A DNA stretch of 63,391 nucleotides, taken from assembly GCA_050287845.1 (NCBI GenBank), contig JBNKCR010000091.1, forward strand, positions 1-63,391. The letters are read 5' to 3'. The stretch's first letter is position 1. Each line of letters opens with the position of its first letter. This stretch comes from Polyangia bacterium. Its GTDB lineage: Bacteria; Myxococcota_A; Polyangia; JAAYKL01. This document shows positions 31,854 through 41,588 of the stretch, in pieces. Position numbers and translations under genes: made by a program. Under the pieces are notes generated by a model. That model ran no database searches. It was not told the DNA's origin and worked only from the letters and a program-made list of their open reading frames with translations.

Positions 31854-32957
31854 ATGAGCATATTCAGAAACAGACATTCTCAGCGCACAAATCAACCCAG
31901 GGGAAACCGACGGGTACAGGGCGATGGCCCATCCAGGAAATCTACCGGTAATGTGCGGACGGGAGAACGGCGGAAAAATCGCCGGGCATCTGAGATTGCT
32001 CAAAAAAAGGGAGGAAATCGACGAAAGGTCAACCCGGGGACTGCGTCTGCCCAGGAGAGCGGGACGGATGGCAAGCGGATCAATCGGCGCATTACCCGCC
32101 GGGCAGCAGCAAAAGCCGAACCGCCTGTTGAAAGTACAGATACCGGCACACCGGAGGAAAACGCCTCTCCCCCCAAAGAGCGGGATCCGTCCAGAATAAT
32201 ACCGATGCTCAAGGGAGGCCTTCGGGGATTGGCGGTCCTCGCCACCATCGCAGCGGTGCTGTGGGGGGCAAAAATGGTGTATCGCTATGCGCTGACTTCC
32301 ACCTACTTTGCGTTGCAGCATGTGGAAATCAATGGAAACGAACGGCTGACCAACGGTGAGGTGCTCGAGGCGGCGGGAATAACCATGGAGCAGAATATTT
32401 TCGAGGTGCGACTGCCCGAAGTGATTCAGCGACTCGAAGAGACGCCATGGGTAGTGGACGCCCGCGCCAGTCAAAAGTTACCCAAGACCATCCGCATCGA
32501 TATTGTGGAGCGAAAGCCCGAGATGCTGGTGCTGTTCGACGTGCCATATCTTGTTGATGAAAGCGGCGAAATATTTAAACGCTGGGTGCCCGGTGATCCC
32601 ATGCCCGAGTGTGTGATTACCGGAGTGACTCGTCGGGAACTGGCAGAGGACCCCGAGGATACACAACAGATCATTCTGGATGCCATTTCTCTTCGCAATC
32701 GGTACGATGCAGTGGGAAACCACCGATACGCAAAGCTGTATGAAATTCACCGGGAAATCGATGGGGGTTTTTCGCTCACTGTTGGCAAATCACCGTTTTA
32801 CGTGAAACTGGGGAAGCCTCCATATCGAGAAAAACTCAATCGAATCGCACAACTTTTTGCCAAACTGAGTAAGGGGAGCAGAGAACCGCTGATTGTATAT
32901 TTCGACAACGAAAAGCGTCCGGATCGTGTCACCGTGAAATTCAAACCCCGCCGGTAA
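31854..32957 (+). CDS. ftsQ: Cell division protein FtsQ/DivIB with long basic N-terminal tail
   Basis: Single TM, POTRA-like VEINGNERL...PWV..A...LP.TI.I.I.ER.P; dcw position. Confidence 0.9.
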   Translation: MSIFRNRHSQRTNQPRGNRRVQGDGPSRKSTGNVRTGERRKNRRASEIAQKKGGNRRKVNPGTASAQESGTDGKRINRRITRRAAAKAEPPVESTDTGTPEENASPPKERDPSRIIPMLKGGLRGLAVLATIAAVLWGAKMVYRYALTSTYFALQHVEINGNERLTNGEVLEAAGITMEQNIFEVRLPEVIQRLEETPWVVDARASQKLPKTIRIDIVERKPEMLVLFDVPYLVDESGEIFKRWVPGDPMPECVITGVTRRELAEDPEDTQQIILDAISLRNRYDAVGNHRYAKLYEIHREIDGGFSLTVGKSPFYVKLGKPPYREKLNRIAQLFAKLSKGSREPLIVYFDNEKRPDRVTVKFKPRR

Positions 32958-32996
32958 CAAATCGCGTTCAGCGCAAATTTTGTCAATCGGTTTTTG

Positions 32997-33776
32997 TCAA
33001 TCGGTAAAGATTTCTCCAATCATATAGGTTCGAGCCTGGCCACTGATAAGTACGCGATCGTTGTGCAGTTCACACCAGATGGTGCCGCCTCTTCTGGAGA
33101 GCTGTCGGGCAAGGAATGATGTTTTTCCAAGTTGCTTCGCCCAATAGGGAACCAGTTGACAATGGGCGGATCCGGTGACCGGATCTTCATCAATTCCAAA
33201 CCGGGGGGCAAAAAAGCGACTGACAAAATCGCAGTTGTCCCCGGGCGCGGTAACGCAGATACCCCTGGTGTCTATTTTGCTGAGAGTTCGAAAATCGGGT
33301 TGGATTCCAATAATGTCGGCTTGGCTCCCGTACACGGCAATCAGGTCCTGGTGGTACAGCAGTTTTTCAGGTGGTTTTCCCAATCCTTCCAAAAGGAAAT
33401 CCGGTATCGCCACCGGTTGCGGATCCTGAAGCGGAAAATTCATCTGAAGCCCATCGGTCAGGCGTGTCACATGAAGCGGACCACTTCTGGAATCAAACCG
33501 GACCGTCGGCGTATCATGGGCCAGATGCTCGAAAAGCACATGGGCGCTGGCCAGGGTGGCGTGGCCGCAGATGTCCACTTCGTGGCTGGGCGTAAACCAA
33601 CGGATATGATAGCTCCCATCGACCTGTTTGACGAAAAAGGCAGTTTCGGAGAGGTTGTTTTCCATGGCAATTCGTTGCATCACATCGTTTTCCAGCCAGT
33701 GTTCAAGCGGACAGACCGCTGCCGGGTTTCCGTAAAACACGTCACTGGTAAATGAGTCGACTTGATAGAGTTTCAT
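32997..33776 (-). CDS. phzF: PhzF-family epimerase/isomerase
   Basis: VDSFT...GNPAAV, NLSETAF, RWFTP..EV.ICGHATLA, SRFFAP..GI.EDPVTGSAH. Confidence 0.93.
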   Translation of the reverse strand: MKLYQVDSFTSDVFYGNPAAVCPLEHWLENDVMQRIAMENNLSETAFFVKQVDGSYHIRWFTPSHEVDICGHATLASAHVLFEHLAHDTPTVRFDSRSGPLHVTRLTDGLQMNFPLQDPQPVAIPDFLLEGLGKPPEKLLYHQDLIAVYGSQADIIGIQPDFRTLSKIDTRGICVTAPGDNCDFVSRFFAPRFGIDEDPVTGSAHCQLVPYWAKQLGKTSFLARQLSRRGGTIWCELHNDRVLISGQARTYMIGEIFTD

Positions 33777-33948
33777 CGCTTCCCTTCTGCAAAAATTATT
33801 CAGATTTTTCGAGTCTGAAAAATCCGTGTTTATTCAAACTGAATAAAAACAGGTAGTTATACTTTTTTATAAATTTTTTGTTTTTTTTGCAACAAACTGT
33901 GCCGGCGGTCGAGAAGGGTGCACCAACACCGAACGGAAAGAGGTGACA

Positions 33949-34122
33949 ATGGACTTTTTCAAACGCTGGAAAAAGAATGAATCAGGTTCTGTGTATGTGG
34001 AAGAAGTGGTGCTGCTCACGCTGGTGGCGTTGACTTTTGCATTGGCCACATCGGTTCTTGGACCTGCGCTCATGCAGTATCACGCCGGCATTGAACTGGT
34101 ATTGTCATTTCCCGTTCCTTAA
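33949..34122 (+). CDS. 57-aa Flp/Tad pilin-like protein (below the ORF-track cutoff)
   Basis: Hand translation MDFFKRWKKNESG/SVYVEEVVLLTLVALTFALATSVLGPALMQYHAGIELVLSFPVP; prepilin G-1/E+5 pattern; AGAGG RBS. Confidence 0.8.
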   Translation: MDFFKRWKKNESGSVYVEEVVLLTLVALTFALATSVLGPALMQYHAGIELVLSFPVP

Positions 34123-34159
34123 CCCGGGTGAACGACCGGGAAAACAGACAGGAGAAAAA

Positions 34160-34390
34160 ATGAAAACCAAAAATGAAATCATTAAAAGAGCAGAACTGTC
34201 CCTTAAAGAACCGGCCCGCAGAGGCCCCCGCAAGTCCCTGCGCAAATGTGAGACAGGTCTATCCACCGTCGAGTATATCATTATTCTGATATTGGTCGCT
34301 GTCGGAGGCATTGGTCTGTGGAAGAAATTTGGTGATACTGTGGAAAATAAAATCAAAACTGCGACTTCAGAAGTCAAAAAGATGAAGTAG
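34160..34390 (+). CDS. flp: Flp family type IVb major pilin
   Basis: ETG/LSTVEY followed by hydrophobic helix, G..V..K; AGGAGA RBS. Confidence 0.88.
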   Translation: MKTKNEIIKRAELSLKEPARRGPRKSLRKCETGLSTVEYIIILILVAVGGIGLWKKFGDTVENKIKTATSEVKKMK

Positions 34391-34414
34391 GGAGTCAACT
34401 GAACTGCCCGGTGG

Positions 34415-34453
34415 ATTCGGTTGGTCGAAGATGCAAATCCGGACCAGCCGAAT
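34415..34453 (+). terminator. Stem-loop after flp (mRNA stabiliser or partial terminator)
   Basis: ATTCGGTTGGTC / GACCAGCCGAAT stem with inner GAT-GCAA-ATC GNRA loop; no U-tail. Confidence 0.55.
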
Positions 34454-34503
34454 AGCGAATTGCTGTTGATAAATTTGTACCTTAAGTAAGGAGGAATTTT
34501 ATT

Positions 34504-35043
34504 ATGGTTTCATTGCAGATCGCAGGAGTGCTTGTGGCGGTAGTGGCGAGTGTCGCTGGCACCGTTACAGACATGAAGAAGGGGATCATACCCAACTGGA
34601 TTACAGTGCCCTCCATGGTAATCGGGCTGGGGATGGCCGCTGCTTTCAATGGCTGGATGGGGCTTGGCCTGTCGCTGCTCAGCACTCTTGCGACTGCAAT
34701 GGTGCCGCTGTTGCTGTTTCGTTTCAACGCCATGGGCGGAGGCGATGTAAAGCTGTTTGCCGCGTTGGGCGCACTTCTGGGGATTGATTTGTCGCTCCAG
34801 GTCCTGATGGCGTCTTTCTGTGCGGGAGCAATATACGGTATTGGGTTGTGGATAGCGCGAGGCGAGCTGAAAACACGCGCTCGTATCATAGCGTTCAAGA
34901 TGGTTCCCATTCGCATTTTTAAAACGCTTCCCGACGCCTCCAGCGGTGAACCCACCTACATCCGGTTTGCTCCTGCCATTCTGATAGGCTGCGTGACCAC
35001 TGTGGCATTGAATCTGGAGGTACTGGGATATGATGTCTGGTGA
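34504..35043 (+). CDS. cpaA: A24 prepilin peptidase CpaA/TadV
   Basis: TD.....IPNW, MGGGDVKL.AALGA..G, IRFAPAI..G. Confidence 0.93.
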   Translation: MVSLQIAGVLVAVVASVAGTVTDMKKGIIPNWITVPSMVIGLGMAAAFNGWMGLGLSLLSTLATAMVPLLLFRFNAMGGGDVKLFAALGALLGIDLSLQVLMASFCAGAIYGIGLWIARGELKTRARIIAFKMVPIRIFKTLPDASSGEPTYIRFAPAILIGCVTTVALNLEVLGYDVW

Positions 35044-35743
35044 GCGGTCGCTGCAGGGGGCGGTGTATGTGGAATTTCTGATTGTGATTATTCCCCTGCT
35101 CATTCTCATGTTTTCATTGGTACAGATGTCGCTTTTTCTGGGGGCGGGCATTCTCACCCATCTGGCTGCACAGAAGGCCGCGCGCTCGGCCATGGTGATT
35201 CTGGGGGATGATCACGAAGATGCAGAATCAGAATATGAACCACCGGAGCTGTTTCGGGTGGGCAACGACGCTCAGGGGGCGGAGGCATATAAGGATGCGG
35301 CTGAAAACAGCCGCTACGAAACGATTCGGTTGGCTGCAAGGGCGCCACTCCTGCCGGTATCACCTACTCTGCACGCCGCACTGTCGTCCTCGGTGGAAGA
35401 GGCACTCTCCAATGTGGGCGCTCTGGAACTGGCGGCGGATATTTTATTGAACGAGGGATGGACCAGCTATGCGGTTGGATTGGGGTTCATTAATCCAGGT
35501 GGCGCGTATCTCTCCGTGGTTCGGCCCGGGGATAACGCACGGGTTCGCGTCGTATTTCTGTATCCGTGTTTCATTCCCATTGGTCGGGAATTTGCCTGCC
35601 ACCCGTATCGCAAGCTTCCCAAAGAACACCGCGAACTTATTGAAGTGCACAGCAGTGGTGGGCTGTTGAACGTCTCCGAACTGGCAGGATGGCGATATGT
35701 TTCTCTGGTGGCGGAGGCGCCCATTCCGATATGGGACAGATGA
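35030..35743 (+). CDS. TadE-like pseudopilin
   Basis: QG/AVYVEF + TM + AA..AAR. Confidence 0.85.
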   Translation: MMSGERSLQGAVYVEFLIVIIPLLILMFSLVQMSLFLGAGILTHLAAQKAARSAMVILGDDHEDAESEYEPPELFRVGNDAQGAEAYKDAAENSRYETIRLAARAPLLPVSPTLHAALSSSVEEALSNVGALELAADILLNEGWTSYAVGLGFINPGGAYLSVVRPGDNARVRVVFLYPCFIPIGREFACHPYRKLPKEHRELIEVHSSGGLLNVSELAGWRYVSLVAEAPIPIWDR

Positions 35744-37455
35744 AAGGGAATATCATGGAAACGGAATTCAAACCACTGCGAACCGATGAGCAGGGCGCGG
35801 TGATGGTGATGGCGCTGTTCATGGGGATTTTTCTGTGCGCGCTGTTGTTTCATCTGGTCGGTGTGGGGCAAAGCGCGGTGGAAGCGCAGATGGCCCAGGA
35901 CGCCACCGACAGTCTCACCTTCAGCGCGGCCGCGGCCAAGGCCAGAGGCATGAATACCATTGCACTGATAAACGACATCATGGCGCTCGTTCTGTCCATT
36001 CTGGTGGCGTTGCGCCTTGTCGCATTTCTACTGCTGGTTGCCGCAGGGATAATGAGTGCGCTCTGCCCGGTGGCGCCTCCCGCCTGTGGCGCCGTAGCGC
36101 CGCTGAAAGCAGCCCAGACGTCGGTGAGTAATGCAGCGGACCAGGCTGAGCCGAGAATTATGGACGTGCTCAGAGGGCTATCGATCACTGCCGAAGTCAT
36201 TAACCGGAGTGTGCCATTTGTAGCGGAAGGTGAAGCCATCTATATTTCGAAGAAAGAATCGCCGGGGGTTTCTGATATTGGTTTTGTATGGCCCATCGTG
36301 GACGAGCTGCCCACCGAAGCGGGGTCGTTTGATGAACTGTGTGGCCGGGCAGCGGAAAAGATTACCGAGGTAGCGTCGCTCTGTCTTCCCGGGGATGTGG
36401 GAGACGACGCATTGAGTGTGGTTGGTGACCTTCTCAGCAAAATGGCGACAACTTTCTCTGATTATTTCTGTGGAGATGGCGATCCCCCTGAAAGTACGCG
36501 CTGGCAGGACGTGGGGTATCCCGGCTTTGCGGAAGGACAGGAATCCTGTGACAGTGACCAGGCCATTCCAGAGGAGAATTCAACCGGATGCGATGCAAGT
36601 CAAATCTGTTCAGAATGTGCGCAGAGTGCCTGCGAGGAGTGCCTGTCACGTCTGGACAGTCCGAGATTTCGCCGCGCCATGTGGCAGATCACCACCGAAA
36701 CATTTGAAGTGGATGGATCACCGGATGCCCCTGGTGCTGTCTGGCGTGCCATTGAGCCGCCGTTCACCACTACCCGATGGCTGAATAATAACCCCTGTAC
36801 GGGGGAGATGAACCTGAGCTGCAACGCAAACCCGATTTGCCAGGAGGAAAACCGTCAGGAGTGGGGAGGCACTGCATGGGCGGCCGGAAGCCTTCAAGCC
36901 CAGCCTGGCAGTAGAGTGGCAGGGGGCCATGTATGGCGAATCACCAGAAAAAAATATGAGAAAATCTTCAGCTGCATCGTGTCGGAATCGCTGAAACTGG
37001 AAACCCCCGAACGTCTTGATTCGAACAGCGGGGGTGAGGGTGGGACTTCCGGTGGGGCTTCTTCCGGCACATCGAAACAAAAGAAACCGCTGCCCAGAAG
37101 GTTGAAGAAAAAAAGCACGCGGGATGATTTCAGGGTGTGGGGCGTGGGTCTTGGACAGAATCGCAGTGAGAAGCGAAAAACCAACACCGGTAAGATGTAC
37201 CATTTGAAATCGGATAGCGATCTGGGCAGACGAATCACCGCCGCTTCGGCGGACTTCAAGTCGAACAGCAAAGAGGAAGATAAGATGTGGGAGATGGGAT
37301 GGTACGCGCGGATGATTCGGTTTCGCTTACCGGAAGACGGTGTGCTGGGGAGCATGGGCGGTGCGAAGAATATGAAGGCGGCCGAAAAAGTGAGCGGCAA
37401 AGTGGGAAAACTGAAAGCCCAGCTGGAAGAGCTGGAACAGCTGATTGCACACTGA
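35740..37455 (+). CDS. TadG-like protein with Cys-rich insert
   Basis: DEQGAV.V, Q.A.D....SAA...ARGMN.IA..N Tad N-domain; Cys-rich central region. Confidence 0.8.
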   Translation: MKGNIMETEFKPLRTDEQGAVMVMALFMGIFLCALLFHLVGVGQSAVEAQMAQDATDSLTFSAAAAKARGMNTIALINDIMALVLSILVALRLVAFLLLVAAGIMSALCPVAPPACGAVAPLKAAQTSVSNAADQAEPRIMDVLRGLSITAEVINRSVPFVAEGEAIYISKKESPGVSDIGFVWPIVDELPTEAGSFDELCGRAAEKITEVASLCLPGDVGDDALSVVGDLLSKMATTFSDYFCGDGDPPESTRWQDVGYPGFAEGQESCDSDQAIPEENSTGCDASQICSECAQSACEECLSRLDSPRFRRAMWQITTETFEVDGSPDAPGAVWRAIEPPFTTTRWLNNNPCTGEMNLSCNANPICQEENRQEWGGTAWAAGSLQAQPGSRVAGGHVWRITRKKYEKIFSCIVSESLKLETPERLDSNSGGEGGTSGGASSGTSKQKKPLPRRLKKKSTRDDFRVWGVGLGQNRSEKRKTNTGKMYHLKSDSDLGRRITAASADFKSNSKEEDKMWEMGWYARMIRFRLPEDGVLGSMGGAKNMKAAEKVSGKVGKLKAQLEELEQLIAH

Positions 37456-37470
37456 CAAGTGGGGGAGAAA

Positions 37471-37956
37471 ATGAGTCTATTTAAGAACGAACAGGGAATT
37501 GCCATGACCGAAGGCGTAATCGTCATTCCTTTTTTCCTTGTCATATGGTTCGGCATTTTTGCGGTGTATTGCGCGTACACTGCCCGACTGGATGCCCGGG
37601 GAGAGGCCACGAGGGGCGCGTACGGGCAAGCCATGAGTGGAGAGTGTGACAATTTTTCATTCAATGATGACAATGATGCACCGGAGACGGGGTTCAGTCA
37701 GCACGACGATGACAAAAAAAGCGAGTTTTCAATTGGTGAGGACAGAGTGAGCGATAATTCAGGCATTCTGAATGCGGCCAAAGATATGAATCCCCTCATC
37801 TTTCAGCACGTGAATGCATCGGCAAGAGTCACCCACGAAATATATGGCCGAAAGAAGGACGCGATCGCGTCACGACTGATGCTCTGCAATTCAAAGCCAA
37901 CCGGTGGCATTCTGGATTTGATCAAAGACTCTCTGAAGGGTCTGATTGGTCTGTAA
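37471..37956 (+). CDS. TadE-like pseudopilin
   Basis: NEQG/IAMTE.VIV.P + TM. Confidence 0.8.
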   Translation: MSLFKNEQGIAMTEGVIVIPFFLVIWFGIFAVYCAYTARLDARGEATRGAYGQAMSGECDNFSFNDDNDAPETGFSQHDDDKKSEFSIGEDRVSDNSGILNAAKDMNPLIFQHVNASARVTHEIYGRKKDAIASRLMLCNSKPTGGILDLIKDSLKGLIGL

Positions 37957-37979
37957 CCAAAGAAGGAAAGTGTGATTTC

Positions 37980-38522
37980 ATGAAAAAACGAAGCAGTATA
38001 TGGGGATATCTGCTCCTGGGGCTCTGTGTAGCCGCAGTGGGCTTGCTGTCCGCATACAGAGCCACGGCGAATGTATCTCTGGCGCAAGGGGGCATCGGTC
38101 ACATCTGTATCGGCGAGATGGACTTCGATTTTCAGGCGCCAGCAGGACAGCGCAACATCTGGGATAGCGAATCCGCGGGTCATCGCCTCAAGGGATGCAC
38201 ATACCCGAAATATGGTTTTGAGTCATCGCTGCACGGCGAACGATATGTCGTTGCGGGGAGCCCTGACCGGCGCAATGCCGTGGTGGGTTATGTGGTATCC
38301 GAAGCGCCGGAAAATGCGGTGCGGTCTGCGGTGGTTGCCCTGGAAGAACGAGAAATGGTGTCCATGGATTCGGCTGCGTTGTCCGCTGATTCGACCCATT
38401 ACGCACTGCTACTGGGGGTTGATGAAGAACTGCAGATTATCGGTGTACCCTTTGTGGCAGATCGAAGCTTATTGATTGTGGTGCGCACGCCGCCCGCCCA
38501 TCGTAGGAGTCTGTTGAAATGA
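37980..38522 (+). CDS. Hypothetical exported protein in Tad operon
   Basis: N-terminal signal/TM; ATGA coupling to cpaB. Confidence 0.65.
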   Translation: MKKRSSIWGYLLLGLCVAAVGLLSAYRATANVSLAQGGIGHICIGEMDFDFQAPAGQRNIWDSESAGHRLKGCTYPKYGFESSLHGERYVVAGSPDRRNAVVGYVVSEAPENAVRSAVVALEEREMVSMDSAALSADSTHYALLLGVDEELQIIGVPFVADRSLLIVVRTPPAHRRSLLK

Positions 38523-39298
38523 GCCGGATAGGTATTGTTGCAGTATTATTGGCGGTTGCCGCCGGTGGGGCACACTATTGGTATGCCCGGGAACTGGAAA
38601 ACGCAGTGACGGGCGGCGAAAAGCAATTGCTGTTGGTGGCCACCCGGGATTTGAACCCCGGAGAGATTGTGAAAAAAGCGGATCTGGGCAGTCGGCAGGT
38701 CCCCGGTGCGTTTGTGGATGAGCGGGACGTGTTGAGCGACCGGAAGGCAGATATTGAAGGCACTCCGGTACAGGTGGCTGTGCGGCAGGGGCAGGTGTTG
38801 CAGTGGACGGATTTTGAAATTCGAAGCGAGGGAGAAAACCGGGATTTGGCTGATTTGGTGGAACCGGGGAAACGGGCGATGACCATCGTGGTGAACCGCG
38901 AATCATCGTTTGGGGGATTGCTCCGCCCGGGGCATCGGGTGGATATAGTGGGCACGTTTGCCAAAATGGATTGGGGCAGCGCAGTCAGTAAGCAGCGCTC
39001 GCAGGTATTGCTCCAGAATGTGGCGGTATTGGCCACCGGAAAACAATTATCGTCAGGGGAGGTGAAGTCCGGGTTCAATACGGTGACCCTCAGCGTCACG
39101 GTGGAGCAGAGCGAACTGCTTTCATTTGCCGGTGAGCTGGGCAACCTGTCGCTGGTGTTGCGCGGATACTCTGATTTGGCCATCATTGATGGGATTCCTG
39201 AAAAGGGGTACGGTGATATTTTCGCTGCTCCCAAAGTGGATAAAAGTAAGCTTCAGTCATCAAAGAACGAGCCCATCGAACGCCTGATGGTGGAATAG
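38519..39298 (+). CDS. cpaB: Flp pilus assembly protein CpaB/RcpC
   Basis: SAF domain VATRDL.PG; PGKRAMTI.V, G.LRPG.RVDI, LLQNV.VLA.G, VTL.VT.EQ.E.L, L.LVLR. Confidence 0.93.
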   Translation: MSRIGIVAVLLAVAAGGAHYWYARELENAVTGGEKQLLLVATRDLNPGEIVKKADLGSRQVPGAFVDERDVLSDRKADIEGTPVQVAVRQGQVLQWTDFEIRSEGENRDLADLVEPGKRAMTIVVNRESSFGGLLRPGHRVDIVGTFAKMDWGSAVSKQRSQVLLQNVAVLATGKQLSSGEVKSGFNTVTLSVTVEQSELLSFAGELGNLSLVLRGYSDLAIIDGIPEKGYGDIFAAPKVDKSKLQSSKNEPIERLMVE

Positions 39299-39300
39299 CA

Positions 39301-39414
39301 GCCTGTGGCGTCGCGGCCTTCTTTGGAATCAATAGGCGTCACACACGAAGTGTGCTTGAAGCCCATAGAAACGGACGTCAATCCCCACACAGGACCGGGA
39401 GCCGCGGAGCAGGC
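39301..39414. ncRNA. Candidate structured RNA or palindromic element between cpaB and tRNA-Arg
   Basis: Closing stems GCCTG/CAGGC and CGCGGC/GCCGCG; inner ATAGGC-CACAC/GTGTG-GCCCAT hairpin; family not recognised. Confidence 0.3.
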
Positions 39415-39616
39415 GACAATGACGCATCGATTCTATTGTAGGTGTAATATTATCATATTGACATAATCCCCTGACGACAGTGGCGATTCAGGATGACCCA
39501 CATCTTTCAACCGGAAAGGCACCGCATCTCCCTATGTTACTCCCCCAATTGCCAACCATCCCAAAATCCCCTATTGCAAACCCAACTGCTTTCAGATAAA
39601 TACTTTTTCCCATCCA

Positions 39617-39690
39617 GCACCCATAGCTCAGCTGGATAGAGCATCGGTTTCCTAAACCGGGGGTCGCAGGTTCAAGTCCTGCTGGGTGCG
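39617..39690 (+). tRNA. tRNA-Arg, anticodon CCT; CCA not encoded
   Basis: Acceptor GCACCCA/TGGGTGC, D arm GCTC/GAGC, anticodon arm TCGGT-TTCCTAA-ACCGG, T arm GCAGG-TTCAAGT-CCTGC. Confidence 0.97.
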
Positions 39691-39691
39691 C
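39645..39691 (+). repeat. attL core of element 1 (47 bp)
   Basis: 46/47 identical to 48050-48096. Confidence 0.95.
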
Positions 39692-39779
39692 TAATCAAGG
39701 AAAGTATTGTCGTTAAAGGGCCGCAGCGATTGCGGTTGTTCGTGAAAATTGTGTGAAAGGTTGGTTGTGTTTTGAGAGT

Positions 39780-39802
39780 TGGATCCGATTTGGATCCGGA
39801 TT
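39780..39802. promoter_or_regulatory. Integrase arm-type sites, left end of element 1
   Basis: TGGATCC twice at 11-bp spacing (39780, 39791); same motif four times at 47861-47909. Confidence 0.75.
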
Positions 39803-40009
39803 TTAGAGATGCTGTCGTACGTCGGAATTGCGGGATGCGGTTTTAACAGTGGTGAACCCCTATTTATTTTCAACACAGACGATACGACTTGAGTAATATT
39901 TAAAGGATTGGCGGGAACGCTGAAACTCGAAAATCAGGATCTCCTTACGGTGTTATGGTAAAAATACTCAGATTAGCGATGGCGTTTTTTTTCAAGAGAG
40001 GGGCACCAA

Positions 40010-41494
40010 ATGAAAAAGGGAATCACTTTCACAGATGAGAATATACAGGATTTGTTTGGTTATGAAGATGCCGAAAGCGAGCCGATCGAACGATTGATGA
40101 AATTCTATTTTAAAAATGAAATTTACAGTCGGGTGACATCGGACCTTCCCATTAGAGTGTTAGTTGGTCACAAAGGCATAGGAAAGTCCGCGCTTTTTAA
40201 AGTGTCGATAGCGGAGGAAAAAGAAAAACACAATCTTCCAATACTGATCAAACCGGATGACATTGCCGAGATTGGTAAGTCCAACGAGAATTTTTTATTA
40301 AGAATACGACAATGGAAAGTTGCATTGACAAAAATAATAGGCCTTAAGGCATTTGAGGAATTGGGATTTTCGAACGAGGAGTATAAAGGCAAACTGGCAC
40401 AGTTTGGTCTGAAACTAGTTTCATTTTTATATGACACTGTAAAAACGGCTAGTGACATGGTTGATATGACTCCCACTCAACAATTGGCAATTAAAAGATT
40501 CCTCGATATGAAAAGGATCATCGTTTACATCGACGACCTTGATCGAGGATGGGAGGGAAAAAAGGATGACATTCACAGGATCTCGGCGCTTTTAAATTGT
40601 ATCCGCGACATGGCAAACGATAATCCAGGGTTACTTTTCAAAGTATCTTTGCGCTCAGATGTTTACTACTTGGTAAGAACATCTGACGAGTCAACTGACA
40701 AAATCGAGGGCTCTGTAGTTTGGTTCAGGTGGTCGAATCATGAAATTTTTGTAATGCTTATAAAGCGAGTGATGACATATTTTAACTATGATTTCAACGA
40801 AGAGACTTTGCTGTCTAGTAAACAAAAAGATTTGCAGTTGTATTTAGAAACAATCATGGAACCGCGTTTTACTGGTAGGGGTAAATGGAACAATGCAGAT
40901 ATGTACAGAATATTGATGTCGCTAAACAGAAAAAGACCTCGGGATTTGGTAAAGCTATGTAGCCTTGCTGCGAGAGAAGCATACGCCCAAAGATCGAATC
41001 TAATAACTACTGCTCATTTCGAATCAATTTTCGAGGAGTACTCTCAGGGACGAATACAAGATACTATCAACGAGTATCGATCTGAGCTACCGAATATTTC
41101 GAATCTGATTTTTGGAATGAAACCTACAAAGAAGGCGAAGAAAACGAAAGACTCTTTTGTTTTTACTACTCCGTCACTCTACCAAAAATTGGACAACATA
41201 ATGCAACAAAACAGATTCATATTTGCCAATGGAGACGTCGCAGATAAAAAGCAATTGGCCCAATTTTTATTCAAAATTAATTTTTTAACTGCGCGAAAAG
41301 AAATTGACGGAGAAGGAATTACACGAAAGTATTTTGAAGAGAACCGCTACTTGTCAAATTCTTTTACTGATTTTGGTTTTGATTGGGAGATCCACCCCGC
41401 TTTTCGATGGGCCTTGCAACCAGACAATTCCATCGAAGTATCCGCAGGAATGTCTGTCTACTCAAACGACATGGACGAATCGTTGTTGGCTTGA
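40010..41494 (+). CDS. P-loop ATPase (Sll1717-like), island cargo
   Basis: FG..DAE.E N-terminus, Walker A GHKGIGKS, Walker B IIVYIDDLD, LRSD, RPRD, terminal HPAF..AL; AT-rich. Confidence 0.8.
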   Translation: MKKGITFTDENIQDLFGYEDAESEPIERLMKFYFKNEIYSRVTSDLPIRVLVGHKGIGKSALFKVSIAEEKEKHNLPILIKPDDIAEIGKSNENFLLRIRQWKVALTKIIGLKAFEELGFSNEEYKGKLAQFGLKLVSFLYDTVKTASDMVDMTPTQQLAIKRFLDMKRIIVYIDDLDRGWEGKKDDIHRISALLNCIRDMANDNPGLLFKVSLRSDVYYLVRTSDESTDKIEGSVVWFRWSNHEIFVMLIKRVMTYFNYDFNEETLLSSKQKDLQLYLETIMEPRFTGRGKWNNADMYRILMSLNRKRPRDLVKLCSLAAREAYAQRSNLITTAHFESIFEEYSQGRIQDTINEYRSELPNISNLIFGMKPTKKAKKTKDSFVFTTPSLYQKLDNIMQQNRFIFANGDVADKKQLAQFLFKINFLTARKEIDGEGITRKYFEENRYLSNSFTDFGFDWEIHPAFRWALQPDNSIEVSAGMSVYSNDMDESLLA

Positions 41495-41588
41495 CAGCCT
41501 TGCTGAAGAAAGATGATCGAAAAGCGCATATCGTTTGTTCTGTTGCAGAGACGGTATAGGCGAATGTCTTCAGAAGTCTCTTAGATAC

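Noticed and set aside
591..33755. Numerous long opposite-strand or alternate-frame ORFs overlapping core genes
   Set aside because: Expected shadows of GC-rich coding sequence; no motifs
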